Origin: Octopus vulgaris
Taxonomy: Eukaryota
NCBI GenBank assembly: GCA_951406725.2
Contig: OX597819.1
Coordinates: 21,142,001-21,206,000, forward strand
DNA length: 64,000 nucleotides
Direction: 5' to 3'
Part shown: in pieces, positions 52,839 through 64,000 of the stretch
How positions within the stretch are numbered: the first letter of the stretch is position 1
How the letters are laid out: each line of letters opens with the position of its first letter
Notes under the pieces: model-generated
The model's database searches: none
What the model was told of the DNA's origin: nothing
What the model saw: the letters and a program-made list of their open reading frames with translations, nothing else
Position numbers and translations under genes: made by a program

Positions 52839-53397
52839 GGCACAAGGCCTGAAATTTTGAGGAGGGTGATTATATCGACCCCAGTGCGTAACTGGTACTT
52901 ATTTAATCGACCCCGAAAGGATGAAAGGCAAATTTGACCTCGGCGAAATTTGAACTCAGAACGTAGCGGCAGACGAAATACCTATTTCTTTACCACCCAC
53001 AAGGGGATAAACACAGAAAAGACAAACAAGGACAAACAAAGGGATTAAGTCGATTATATCGACACCAGTGCGTAACTGGTACTTAATTTATCGACCCCGA
53101 AAGGATGAAAGGCAAAGTCGACCTCGGCGGAATTCGAACTCAGAACGTAGCGGTAGACGAAATACCTATTTCTTTACTACCCACAATGGGCTAAACACAG
53201 ACGGGACGAGCAAGGACAGACAAACGGATTAAGTCGATTATATCGACCACAGTGCATAACTGGTGCTTAATTTATCGACCCCGAAAGGATGAAAGGCAAA
53301 GTCGACCTCGGCGGAATTTGAACTCAGAACGTAACGGCAGACAAAATACGGCTACGCATTTTGCTTGGCGTGCTAATGTTTCTGCCAGCTCACCGCT
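52839..53397 (-). mobile_element. SINE family 2 tandem trimer (184-bp period)
   Basis: GACGAAATA/GACAAAATA recurs at 52972, 53156 and 53340. Only one complete head is present, at 53345-53397. Confidence 0.92.
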
Positions 53398-54374
53398 TTT
53401 GGTTGTATCATTATGGAAAGAACATCTGCAAGAGAGTATTATATTTGTTAGTAGTAAATCTAGCAAATTTTCTCATTGTCACTGTTTTGCTAGCGGCAAG
53501 ATTGCGATATGATTAGTGAAATATATCCACAAATTAAAACTAGTATAGATTTTCAGTTTGATAACATTGGATCTCTGTTATAGACAAGTTATTTTAAGTA
53601 GTTCTGTCAACACTATGTCTAATCTTTAAGATGATGATCAGTGAACGTAGCAACGTTTCCCGAATCTATTTATTAGACTTCATTTTTTTACGTGTTTTTT
53701 CCAAATTCTTTACACATTTAAATATAACTGAGAGCTTCGTTATATATCACACGAATGAATAAGTGGTATTTTACTCTTCTAGACAAGAATAGTAAATGCC
53801 GTAGTAAACAAATAGTTTCTCAGTTTCAATAATTAAAATAATTTATTCTGAATCTTAATTCGTTGGTAAGTAATTCTACTACGCATATGTACTTCTACGA
53901 TTGAAAATATCAGATAACACTCTTGTGTACCGAAGTGATGTGCGAATATATGTTTAGTTTTGTGCGAGTTCAATCTGAGATCATAGTCTCCTTGGTTTCA
54001 AATTTCTCTCGTCTCTACGGTTAATCAAAAAGCTCTTTTACTATGTCCTTATTTGACCAGAATTTATTAATCGGGGTGAAAGAGACTACATTGGTTCTCA
54101 GTTTCTCTTCAATAATTAAATTTTTTGATTTGGATATTGTGGTTTGGACGACCGAAAATTCGGTTTAGATCTAGGCGGAGAAGGAAATTTGATATTCACA
54201 GAATGCTGGAGAAAAGTTTATCTGCAGTATTCAGTTTGATTCTGTGTTCAAATTACCGAAGATTTGCCTTTACCATGGTTTCAATTAAATACGTTGAGTC
54301 ACTGTGTGTGTGTGTAGCTTAATATTAACACTTACTGGCTTTGTGCCAAAACTTGGAACTTATAATATGTACAC

Positions 54375-54375
<1 letters not shown>

Positions 54376-54417
<42 letters not shown>

Positions 54418-54503
54418 GGATGGATGGATGGACAGAGGGAAGGATGGACAGATAGAAATATATAGATAGAAAGATAGATAGATAGACAGAAGGATGGACA
54501 TAC

Positions 54504-54542
<39 letters not shown>

Positions 54543-54563
54543 CATAGATAGATAGATAGATAG
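54376..54563. repeat. (GATA)n/(GGAT)n microsatellite
   Basis: Direct tandem runs. Confidence 0.95.
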
Positions 54564-54656
54564 AAACTAAAGATGTGTTGACAAGATTCCTGCCATTCTA
54601 AAATATAAAATCATTTAAATATATATTTATTATACATATATGCATTATACTGGGTG

Positions 54657-54688
<32 letters not shown>

Positions 54689-56081
54689 GCATGTAGTCTA
54701 TGTATGTGTGTGTTCGTAAATAAATAAACGTATATTTGTGTCTCCGTTATGTTATATTTGAATAAATATTCATACGTTTGTGTGTGTGTTGAGGATGATT
54801 TTGAATATGCGTGCAATTTGTTTATTCATCGTAGAATTAGCGAAATATTTCTGGTGCAAATTTACACACATGAAAGTCTAGTCAAACAACATATTTTAAG
54901 TGAAACTATTCAAGTGTTGTTACTTGTATATATATATATATTTTAAGTAGGCCAGAAAGCACAACACACAGAATAAAGAAAACGCATCCGTGAACAACAG
55001 ACATACGACGTCGAATCACAAACAGGACAAAAAAAAGTTTATGTATCATTCGCAGCCGATTTTATAATCGGAATCTGGAAAGTCCTTGTAATTTCGCCCC
55101 TTTTCTATAAATGAATCAGGCATACCAGTGCTCAACTAATGCATTTATTAGCTTTGGGAAAGGCAATCAAGAACGAAAACAGGAAGAGAAACAGAATGAG
55201 AAAGCTAGATTTATATGTCAACAGAACGTGGTATACAATAGAACAAAAAATGTGTACATATACAAATATGAATCCATTAAATAAAATAATTTATTCGCTG
55301 GTCTTAATTTGTCGTTGGTACACATAATTCTTGACTACATGCATATGTTGACACTGCTACGAGTTGCTAAAATTAGAAACAGCGTACATTTGTAGAAGTG
55401 ATGTGCCAGGAATGAATATGTTTGTGTGTGTGTGCGTAGTTCATCTGAGATCAGTAGTCTACCGTGGAATTTCGAACATTTCTCTCGGGTCTCTACGGTT
55501 AATCAAAACCTGTCGTCGTAGAACTTCCTGCTATTTCTCTCAGGCCGTGATAATTTATAATCGGGCCAGCTAGAAATTTCTTGACGGAAACAGCAGAGTT
55601 TATACCTTAGTCATTTTTGTTGAACTTCTTCTGACATTGCTGAGGTCGTAGGTCAAAGGGAGATGAACAATCACTTTTTGACAGGAATAAAGAAAACCTT
55701 TTTTCGCACCTGTTGATCGTTGTGGTTTGGACGACCGAAAATTCGGTTTCGAATCTAGGCTTGGAGAAGGAAATGTTAATTTTCCCAGAATTTTTTATTT
55801 GTTTTATTCTGTATATTTGTTCAATTCAATCGACTAATTGCCTTTATTTTTTCAATTCAGAATACACTTCTTATAACGGACTTAGAATCTGACACAACAT
55901 GCTTGGACAAATTTGCATATATGTGTATATATATACGCTAAGGTGGTTCGCCCACCAAAATAACACACACACACACAACACAACACACAAATAATACAAT
56001 ATATATCTATATATTATATATATATTATATAAACAATTTAAATATTCGCATTTCTTCTATAAATCACACAAATGGAAACAT

Positions 56082-56440
56082 CCAGTGGTTACAACACTCT
56101 AATATAGATCGATTTCGATTCCCGACCGACTATGTGATATTTTATGAGCGAAAATACCTAAAAGCTCCACGAGGCTCCGGCAGGGGATGGTGGTGATCCT
56201 TTCTGTATCTTTCCACAACTTTCTCTCACTCTTATTCCTGTTTCTGTTGTACTATGTATATTATATATTATATCTGTGTAGGCCAGAAAACACAACACAC
56301 AGAAGAAAACACAAATCCGGAACAACAGATCGATACGAGTCGAATCACAAACAGGACACGTTTATGTATCACGAGCAGCCTGTTCCTTCGATCGGATCAA
56401 CCTTGTAACCCTCATCGTCGAACCGACGGAGTGCTTCAAT
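56082..56440 (+). mobile_element. Garbled/chimeric SINE family 3 copy
   Basis: It has the family-3 core AAAGCTCCACGAGGCTCCGGCAGGGGATGGTGGTGATCC and tail CCGACGGAGTGCTTC. The interior is replaced by sequence matching 54947-55050. Confidence 0.75.
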
Positions 56441-57426
56441 CAAAAATATTTCTAAAATATCTATAGCATTTATTCACATTTTTATGCAGCTCATTTTAAC
56501 TAAAATTATATTATAGCCAATTAAAAGAAAAAACATTGTACATATACAAATATAGATAATTTAACGTAGGTAGTACTAGAATCCACTACAGTTGACGCTA
56601 TCGAATTTTCACGTCTCTGCATCAGTTTGTGAAAGATGGGATTGTGATGCTGCAGCCTCAGCATTTCTCCATCTCCCATAACGACGAAACCAATGTCGCT
56701 CATTCATGTATTAGAATTCATAAAGATTTCAAAATGCAATCTTCTTATTTCACATGATATAAGTTATCGACAGCCATTCTCAGCGCAGTTAGTTCGCATT
56801 GCTTTCCCTTATTGCTCCCTTTAAATTGCTTCTAATTTCCTCTACTTTCTCGTAGGCTGTTGTGGAACATTCTCGTAAGAAGGTCGTGATATTCTTGATC
56901 GAAGAAACTGAGGACAAGTGAAACTTTTCTTGTTTCACATCTGCTCAGATGTTTGGATTTAGTTGAATCGGTATAGATATATTCCTTTCATTGTTTACCA
57001 AGGCTACAATAAGGCTGCAATATATGAGTAATAATGAGAATTTTGTTAGCTTTCACACGAATTCCATCAAGCGAATTTCGCCAGATGTAATATTATTCTT
57101 AAAACCATTTACTCAACGAATTCTGCTCTGGGATCGAAACAACAACTAGAATATTCCGAAGCAATCATTTTATCTACATCGATTTATATTTTCATTCTTA
57201 TGAAAACGGACTAGAATGTCTTGTGAGCGACAACATTTTGCTTCGGACAGATATTTGCATTTTTGTGTAATATTTGCTAAGGTGGTTCGTTCCCACCAAA
57301 ATAACAGAAGCACTTAACAACTTCGTTAAAATAATACAATATTATCTTTTCCTTCGGCATTCATTCATTCACAAAACAATTTAAATATTGCGCATTTCTT
57401 CTCACCTGCAATACTCACACACAAAT

Positions 57427-57606
57427 GTGGAGGCGCAATGGCCCAGTGGTTAGGGCAGCGGACTCGTGGTCATAGGATCGCGGTTTCGATTCCCAGACCG
57501 GGCGTTGTGAGTGTTTATTGAGCGAAAATACCTAAAAGCTCCACGAGGCTCCGGCAGGGGATGGTGGTGATCCCTGCTGTACTCTTTCACCACAACTTTC
57601 TCTCAT
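57427..57606 (+). mobile_element. SINE family 3 5' portion
   Basis: Near-identical to 29596-29775, with A and B boxes. Confidence 0.92.
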
Positions 57607-57909
57607 CTTAAATCTGTATGTTTGTGTGTGTGTGTGTACGAGTGTTTATGTGTGCATGTATATTTGTGTGTTTTTGTGTCTGCATGCCTTCATAGGATGT
57701 CAGTGTATGTGTGTGTGTGTGTGTGTGTCTGTTGTGTTCGGATGTCACTGTAATATCGTCGTAATTGACTTGGAGAGATGTGATGTAAAAGAATTAAATA
57801 AAAAAAGTCCATTAAAAATACCTTTATCAATTTTAAGTTTCCTATTATTCATTGTGAAGAATATATACATACATATATACATACAAATTTACGTACAAAC
57901 CATATATTG

Positions 57910-57955
<46 letters not shown>

Positions 57956-58979
57956 TATGTGATGCTATCCATCAGCATTTACATCCATCTCCCATAACGA
58001 CGAAACCAATGTCGCTCATTCATGTATTATAATATATATATATATATATATATGTAAGGCGAAGGAGAGATGGAGTTCGCATGCATGCACTTATACATAC
58101 ATATGCTTCTAATTATCCTCTCCAATGCATTTCTGTTATTGCTGTTGTCCGTTTAAATGTGGTAATAAATAAATGAAAATCTCCAAGAAACAGTGCATGA
58201 ATAGCTCTTGTTTCTCAGTTTCACATCTGGCCAGACTGTTGGATTTAGTTGAATCGGTAAAACTCCCCTACGAGTAAATTCCTTTCATGGTGTTTACCAA
58301 GGCCACAACCTAAGGCTGCAATATATGAGTAATAATGAGAATTTTGTTAGCTTTCACACGAATTCCATCAAGCGAATTTCGCCAGATGTAATATTATTCT
58401 TAAAACCATTTACTCAACGAATTCTGCTCTGGGATCGAAACAACAACTAGAATATTCCGAAGCAATCATTTTATCTACATCGAAATGCATGCACTCATGG
58501 GTGTAGAGAGATGCCTTAATTGCCTTGTAGGGATATGGTTGTTTCCCATTTAGAAACGGCATGGTCGATATATTCGAAGCAGCTTTATTTCTATGGCGTA
58601 TCTCCAAAATCTGAAAATGCTGTTATCAATTTTTTAATCATATATTTTTATTATATTTATTGGATTATTATTACCTGACAAAAACTATCACCATGATCAT
58701 CATCATCATCTCCATCACCATCATCATCATCATTAAACTGTACATACATTCATGCATGCGTGTGTGCGTACACGTTTTTAAACTAAAATAGCAGAAACTA
58801 AATTTTAACAAAAAAGAAATCTATTTTCGTTGTTCAACTTCCCAAATTCTGAAAATATTTTTTTTCTTACTCTCCATTAACGATATCACAACATTGATGC
58901 AATTTTAAGTTTCCTATTATTCATTGTGAAGAATATATACATACATATATACATACAAATTCACGTACACACACACATA

Positions 58980-59039
<60 letters not shown>

Positions 59040-59103
59040 TATGTATACATATCCATAGCGATATACATACAAACATATAAGCAAACACGCACACATATAC
59101 ACG

Positions 59104-59149
<46 letters not shown>

Positions 59150-59458
59150 AGGCGAAGGAGAGATGGAGATGCATGCATGCACGTATATACACATACATAT
59201 GTTTTTATGTAAGTGCATACGTCTGTGCGTATAAATGTGGTAATAAATAAATGAAAATACAAATATAAGTGCATGAATAGCTCTTGTTTCTCATTCATAT
59301 ACACTATGCGCTCTTAGATGTGCGTGTATATAATCAGGATGTGCATAATTGAATGTACATAAATATGTATGTATGAATGTATACATGTATGCGTAGGCAT
59401 ACACATGCATACAGGCATAAATACACACATAGGCATACAGGCATAAATACACATAAAT

Positions 59459-59506
<48 letters not shown>

Positions 59507-62001
59507 ATTTGTATACATATTTACACGATTATTGTTCCTGAATGCATGAATATATAAAATATATTTAAAGCTATCTATACATGTACAGAATCACATTTAT
59601 ATACGTATCATCATCTCATCATCTACATACATCAATGCATGCATGCGTACATATAAACACACATACATACATACATACATACATACATACATTCATGCAT
59701 GCGTGTGTGCGTACACGTTTTTAAACTAAAATAGCAGAAACTAAATTTTAACAAAAAAGAAATCTATTTTCGTTGTTCAACTTCCCAAATTCTGAAAATA
59801 TTTTTTTTCTTACTCTCCATTAACGATATCACAACATTGATGCTTTGCTTTCTAAATCTTCCTCATACGTTTTTTTTTTTTTTTCAATGTTTTTTGTTCT
59901 TCCACTTTTTCCCCGTTCCTAACCCAAGGGTAGGCATGCTGTAGAATCGTGATTATTTTTACATTTTATATCATGGGAATAAAACTGTGTATCTTAAAAC
60001 CCCCGGCCGAAAGTAAATAGACAAATACAAATTTAGATTTCTTTCTAGAACATGAATAGTGCTCATCTCTCCTTCATGTTTGAACTAGTCATATTAGGAT
60101 ATGGGAATGATGTAGAGATGATTATCATGTGGCAAAGGATGAAGAATATAATGAGAAATCAGAAAATGATGTCATAAATTCAACACACCTTTATTTGAAT
60201 TAAATTGAATGTTTCGTTACAGCGTTTAGTGATGAGAAATGATTGCATGGATACTGGACAAGTTACTACCGTTGACTTTTTGGTATTCCAGATGTTGCTC
60301 AGTGAATGCGGATCTAATGATGGTGAGAAAGGAAATCCGGAGTCTTGACATTTTGTGATGAAAACCTTGTCGACAGAGATTAGTTCGGTACCAGAAGAAA
60401 GATTCGGCATCATTGCTGACTCAGCAATAAATCAGGTGGACATAGATCGAAGAGAAACAAAGAAAGATTTAGGGCAGAAATTTCACTTCACCGCGGCTTA
60501 GCCTAAATTCTCAACATTCAGGATTTCTAATCAAAAAGCTAAAATTGATGACCATGTTTTTCCGATAAAAACTGCACCAATTTCACTATTTTGCAAAGAC
60601 GTGACCACTTCATATGGAAATGCCCCTATCTTTGTTGACCAACCAATAAAAGAAGAGACTACTTCAACCAGCTGGGATTTTAATCCAAGAAGGGTACTCC
60701 TATTTATAATGCTTAATTTAATGTCTTTCATCTCATATCCCCCTTACGACGGTGCCCTTTAATCAAAGACTTTCCAGCCGTGACCATGCCATATATTCAA
60801 ACGGAATATAACTACGATATACAATGAATGTTTCTCTAACGCTTCAAAATGACACATACAAATACACACACGGACATACACACACACACAAACACACAAA
60901 GAAACACACACACACAAACATGCAAAGAAACACACAAACACACACATACAGCGCGCTGTAAATATTGGTTCAAAAACACTCGTTTTTTTCTTCGTTTTAA
61001 CTCTCAGTCTCGTCTCCATTTTTATATAATGCCCTCTGTTCCTCTGAATTTGCTGACTAAACATACCTTCCATCAATGATTTTCTCTTTTCCCAGTACCT
61101 TTTCCGTGCTTTACCAAGATAAAAATATTTTTCATTTTTGGCCAAACTAATAGAAACAAAAGCTAGTATTAAGCGCAGGAGTGGCTGTATGGTAAGTACC
61201 AATATCATTTTTAAATGCTAATAGCTACCTTACCACAACAGCCCACATTTCTGTACATCATTAAAAGTTTACATTGATGAAATGCAAAATGTGGTCGATT
61301 GATCTGCAAGAAATACGAGCCAATTTCCCCTCAAATCACAAGCAATTACTTAAAAAAACGATAGGTAGCATAATAGGTACCCACATATCGTAAGACGGGT
61401 TTTGCCATGGCCTCGGTATCTCTTGCCATAGTCCTACTCCCTGAATGCTGATTTAAATAAACAATATAATCCAAATTGCATCCTAGTTGTCTTTAATTCA
61501 TACCCTTTTGACCCATAAATAAAATTCTTGTTATTGCTTAACCTTTTTGTCTGTTCTTGCAGTTGCTGGTTTTCACTAATGCACGCATATTCAGACCCCT
61601 ATTTAGAAGGCATTTTCTTCTTGGAATTCTTGATATAAAGCATTTTGTTTCATTTAATAAGAACAAACGCATTGTTATTGAGAAACTCATCTCATTACCG
61701 CAGAGTAAAATGCTCCTTCGAATCATTGGTTTAAACCGTGTATATTTGTGTGTGGTAGTCATTTGTATTGATAGTGCATGGTTTACAATATCTTCAAATA
61801 TAACAGGAAGAAGTGCACGTCACACACGGCTGGCATCAGAAGACACAATAAGCTAAATAATAGATCCAGCACGCTATTATTTTCAAACATGACACCAGAC
61901 ATAAAAAAGAATCTAAAATCATGGCACTATAAATATTACAGAAATAGTATAATTTAAAATATAAACACATACACAGAGAAGAAAAGAGAAAACATGAACT
62001 T

Positions 62002-62005
<4 letters not shown>

Positions 62006-62085
<80 letters not shown>
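62006..62085. repeat. (TA)n of about 40 units
   Basis: Perfect dinucleotide run. Confidence 0.97.
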
Positions 62086-62088
<3 letters not shown>

Positions 62089-63378
62089 TATAAACTGTAT
62101 GAAGAGCGATGGCTGATCAGTAATTGGACAAGGAGTGGAATAAATATATCGAGAAAAACAGTTCCTCTTTACTCTAGTAATTTGTTCAAGAAAATGAAAG
62201 GAGTGTTTTATAACATCGACATTATTTTTTATGACTTCTAAGGTTTAGTACCAAGTAAGGAGAGTGAGGCATCGAGTGGAGTAAGATATATACGAATCTG
62301 TGAGTAGTCTTACGACTTAAAATAAAGTGAGACTGCAGACAGTGTTGGTAAACTACTCGCTTCCTTACAGTTTTATGCGACAAATCATGGGAAATAGGAA
62401 ATATTGTATTTATAAAATTGCTAGTGATATCAACAGCGAATTCTGCTTGTAGTTAACTTGGCGGTAGTAGTAAAGAGATTCAATGAGCCTTGTGGTGATT
62501 GAAAACTACTTCTAGTTTCGTGGAGTCAGCATAAACCTCGGTGATCACTAAGCTATCACTATGTTATAGCACACTGAGGGAAAGTTGGCAAGGTTAATAC
62601 GACGTATTAGAGCATAAAATACGTAGTAGACACAAGGGTGTTAGTAAAAGACATGATATTCATATTTTCATTAGAAGAGTAAAAGCGACAGAGAGCAGCA
62701 GAGAAGAGGAAAATAGCAGAGCACTGAAGTTAATGTACTGATGCCGCTGTTGCTGTTTTGGCAGCAATACTCAGTCTCCGGGTTTTTGTACTGGAAGCAA
62801 TGAGAACTAAGATCATTTGTCGTTTAGTACATTTACCACCCGAGTACGACTAGCTAGAAGAAATGAGAAAGCAAAACATAGGATAGAAACTACGAGTCGA
62901 TATCCATCCAATAACGTTGTAGGTGTGCGGTATCATGGAGTGTGTAAAAGGGTGGGAAGCCACCGGGGACTGTAAAAAGTACCACACTGACTAAGCAAAT
63001 AGAAACCGCAAGTGTCCGACCAGCTGTCGCCTAACTTCCCTCTTACGTAGACTCCTAAGTTTTGTAAGCATTTAAAGCGATCCTAATAAAGATGTGTCAT
63101 AACGAAAACAAATGAATTCAGCGGACTGAGAGATGAGAAAGCTCTGAAGCAAACATTAGGTATAAAGTGCCATGGATATCCTCTGCCACAGTGAGTGGAG
63201 TGAGAGGCAACCACTTGCCAGACGTTTGAGCTGTTTCCTGATTCAGGTCAAATGAGAATATTTACGTGAAATTTCTAATAATTCTAATTTCTCTGAAAAG
63301 ATCGATGTGGCGTAAGATTATGGTCGTTTGCTTCACTGATTATACCTATATGGCACGCTTCTGAGAGTGAGATTCCCT

Positions 63379-63382
<4 letters not shown>

Positions 63383-63426
<44 letters not shown>
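63383..63426. repeat. (CA)n microsatellite
   Basis: Perfect dinucleotide run. Confidence 0.97.
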
Positions 63427-63430
<4 letters not shown>

Positions 63431-64000
63431 GGAATATTAATTATAGACAATAAAAGGAGTTTGCCAGAAAGCATCGCTTTTGACAGAACACCAGGTACAA
63501 GGCAATTTCATGTTGAATTAAATGAGCTACAAGAATAAATTTACTTATGGATATTTTTGCGAACAAAATACTTTTAAAATATTTAAACATCTCTACCAGC
63601 AGCTACGGGTGTGAACAGGATTGTCTTTGGATAACTCATTGTGTAATAGTATTTGGTATAAATATCCTTTCTTTATGTAAGTCGTACATTTTAGAATTGG
63701 AAAAGGAAAAGTAGACAGGCAGGAAGATTTACACTCCCAATATTCCATCATTTTTTAATTGCTAAGAGAACAGGGGTGAAAGCGCAAATTAGCTTAACGT
63801 TATTAGAATATTCGCAAGAATATCGAGTAAATTGCATTTTGCTGTAATACAGTGTATTTTGCTTGTGTTGCAAGAAAATTGGTACCAGTTCAGACCAGCT
63901 CCGAGCAAAAAGTAAATATATGAAAGGGATGTGTTACAAAATATGGTAGCTTATCTGACGAATTTAACCGACAAATGGTAAAAACGAATTGAATCTGTTT

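Noticed and set aside
62200-63370. Possible decayed transposon coding region
   Set aside because: The composition looks TE-like, but no diagnostic motif could be identified on either strand.

Overview
This is AT-rich, microsatellite-dense eukaryotic non-coding DNA. The SINE families look like those of octopus (coleoid cephalopod); that assignment is recalled from sequence motifs, not confirmed by a search. No intact host protein-coding gene is supportable, and nearly all ORFs in the track are microsatellite translations or transposon debris. The window is a layered set of decayed mobile elements: three R4/Dong-type RLE LINE remnants all sitting in (AAT)n tracts, Tx1/L1-type LINE remnants, RTE and CR1-like fragments, four tRNA-headed SINE families, two Tc1/mariner-type transposase relics, TIR MITEs carrying CCCTAA repeats, a Helitron-like element, a 67-bp minisatellite and Penelope-like (PLE) debris. 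The most notable signal is a young repeat of about 280 bp at 33.8-34.15 kb and 41.8-42.57 kb. It is arranged as inverted and tandem copies like a PLE pseudo-LTR and carries three identical minimal hammerhead-ribozyme motifs, each with a non-canonical but compensatory U3-A8 core. The 53.9-59.85 kb region is a mosaic of offset duplicate blocks, most likely an assembly or consensus artefact.
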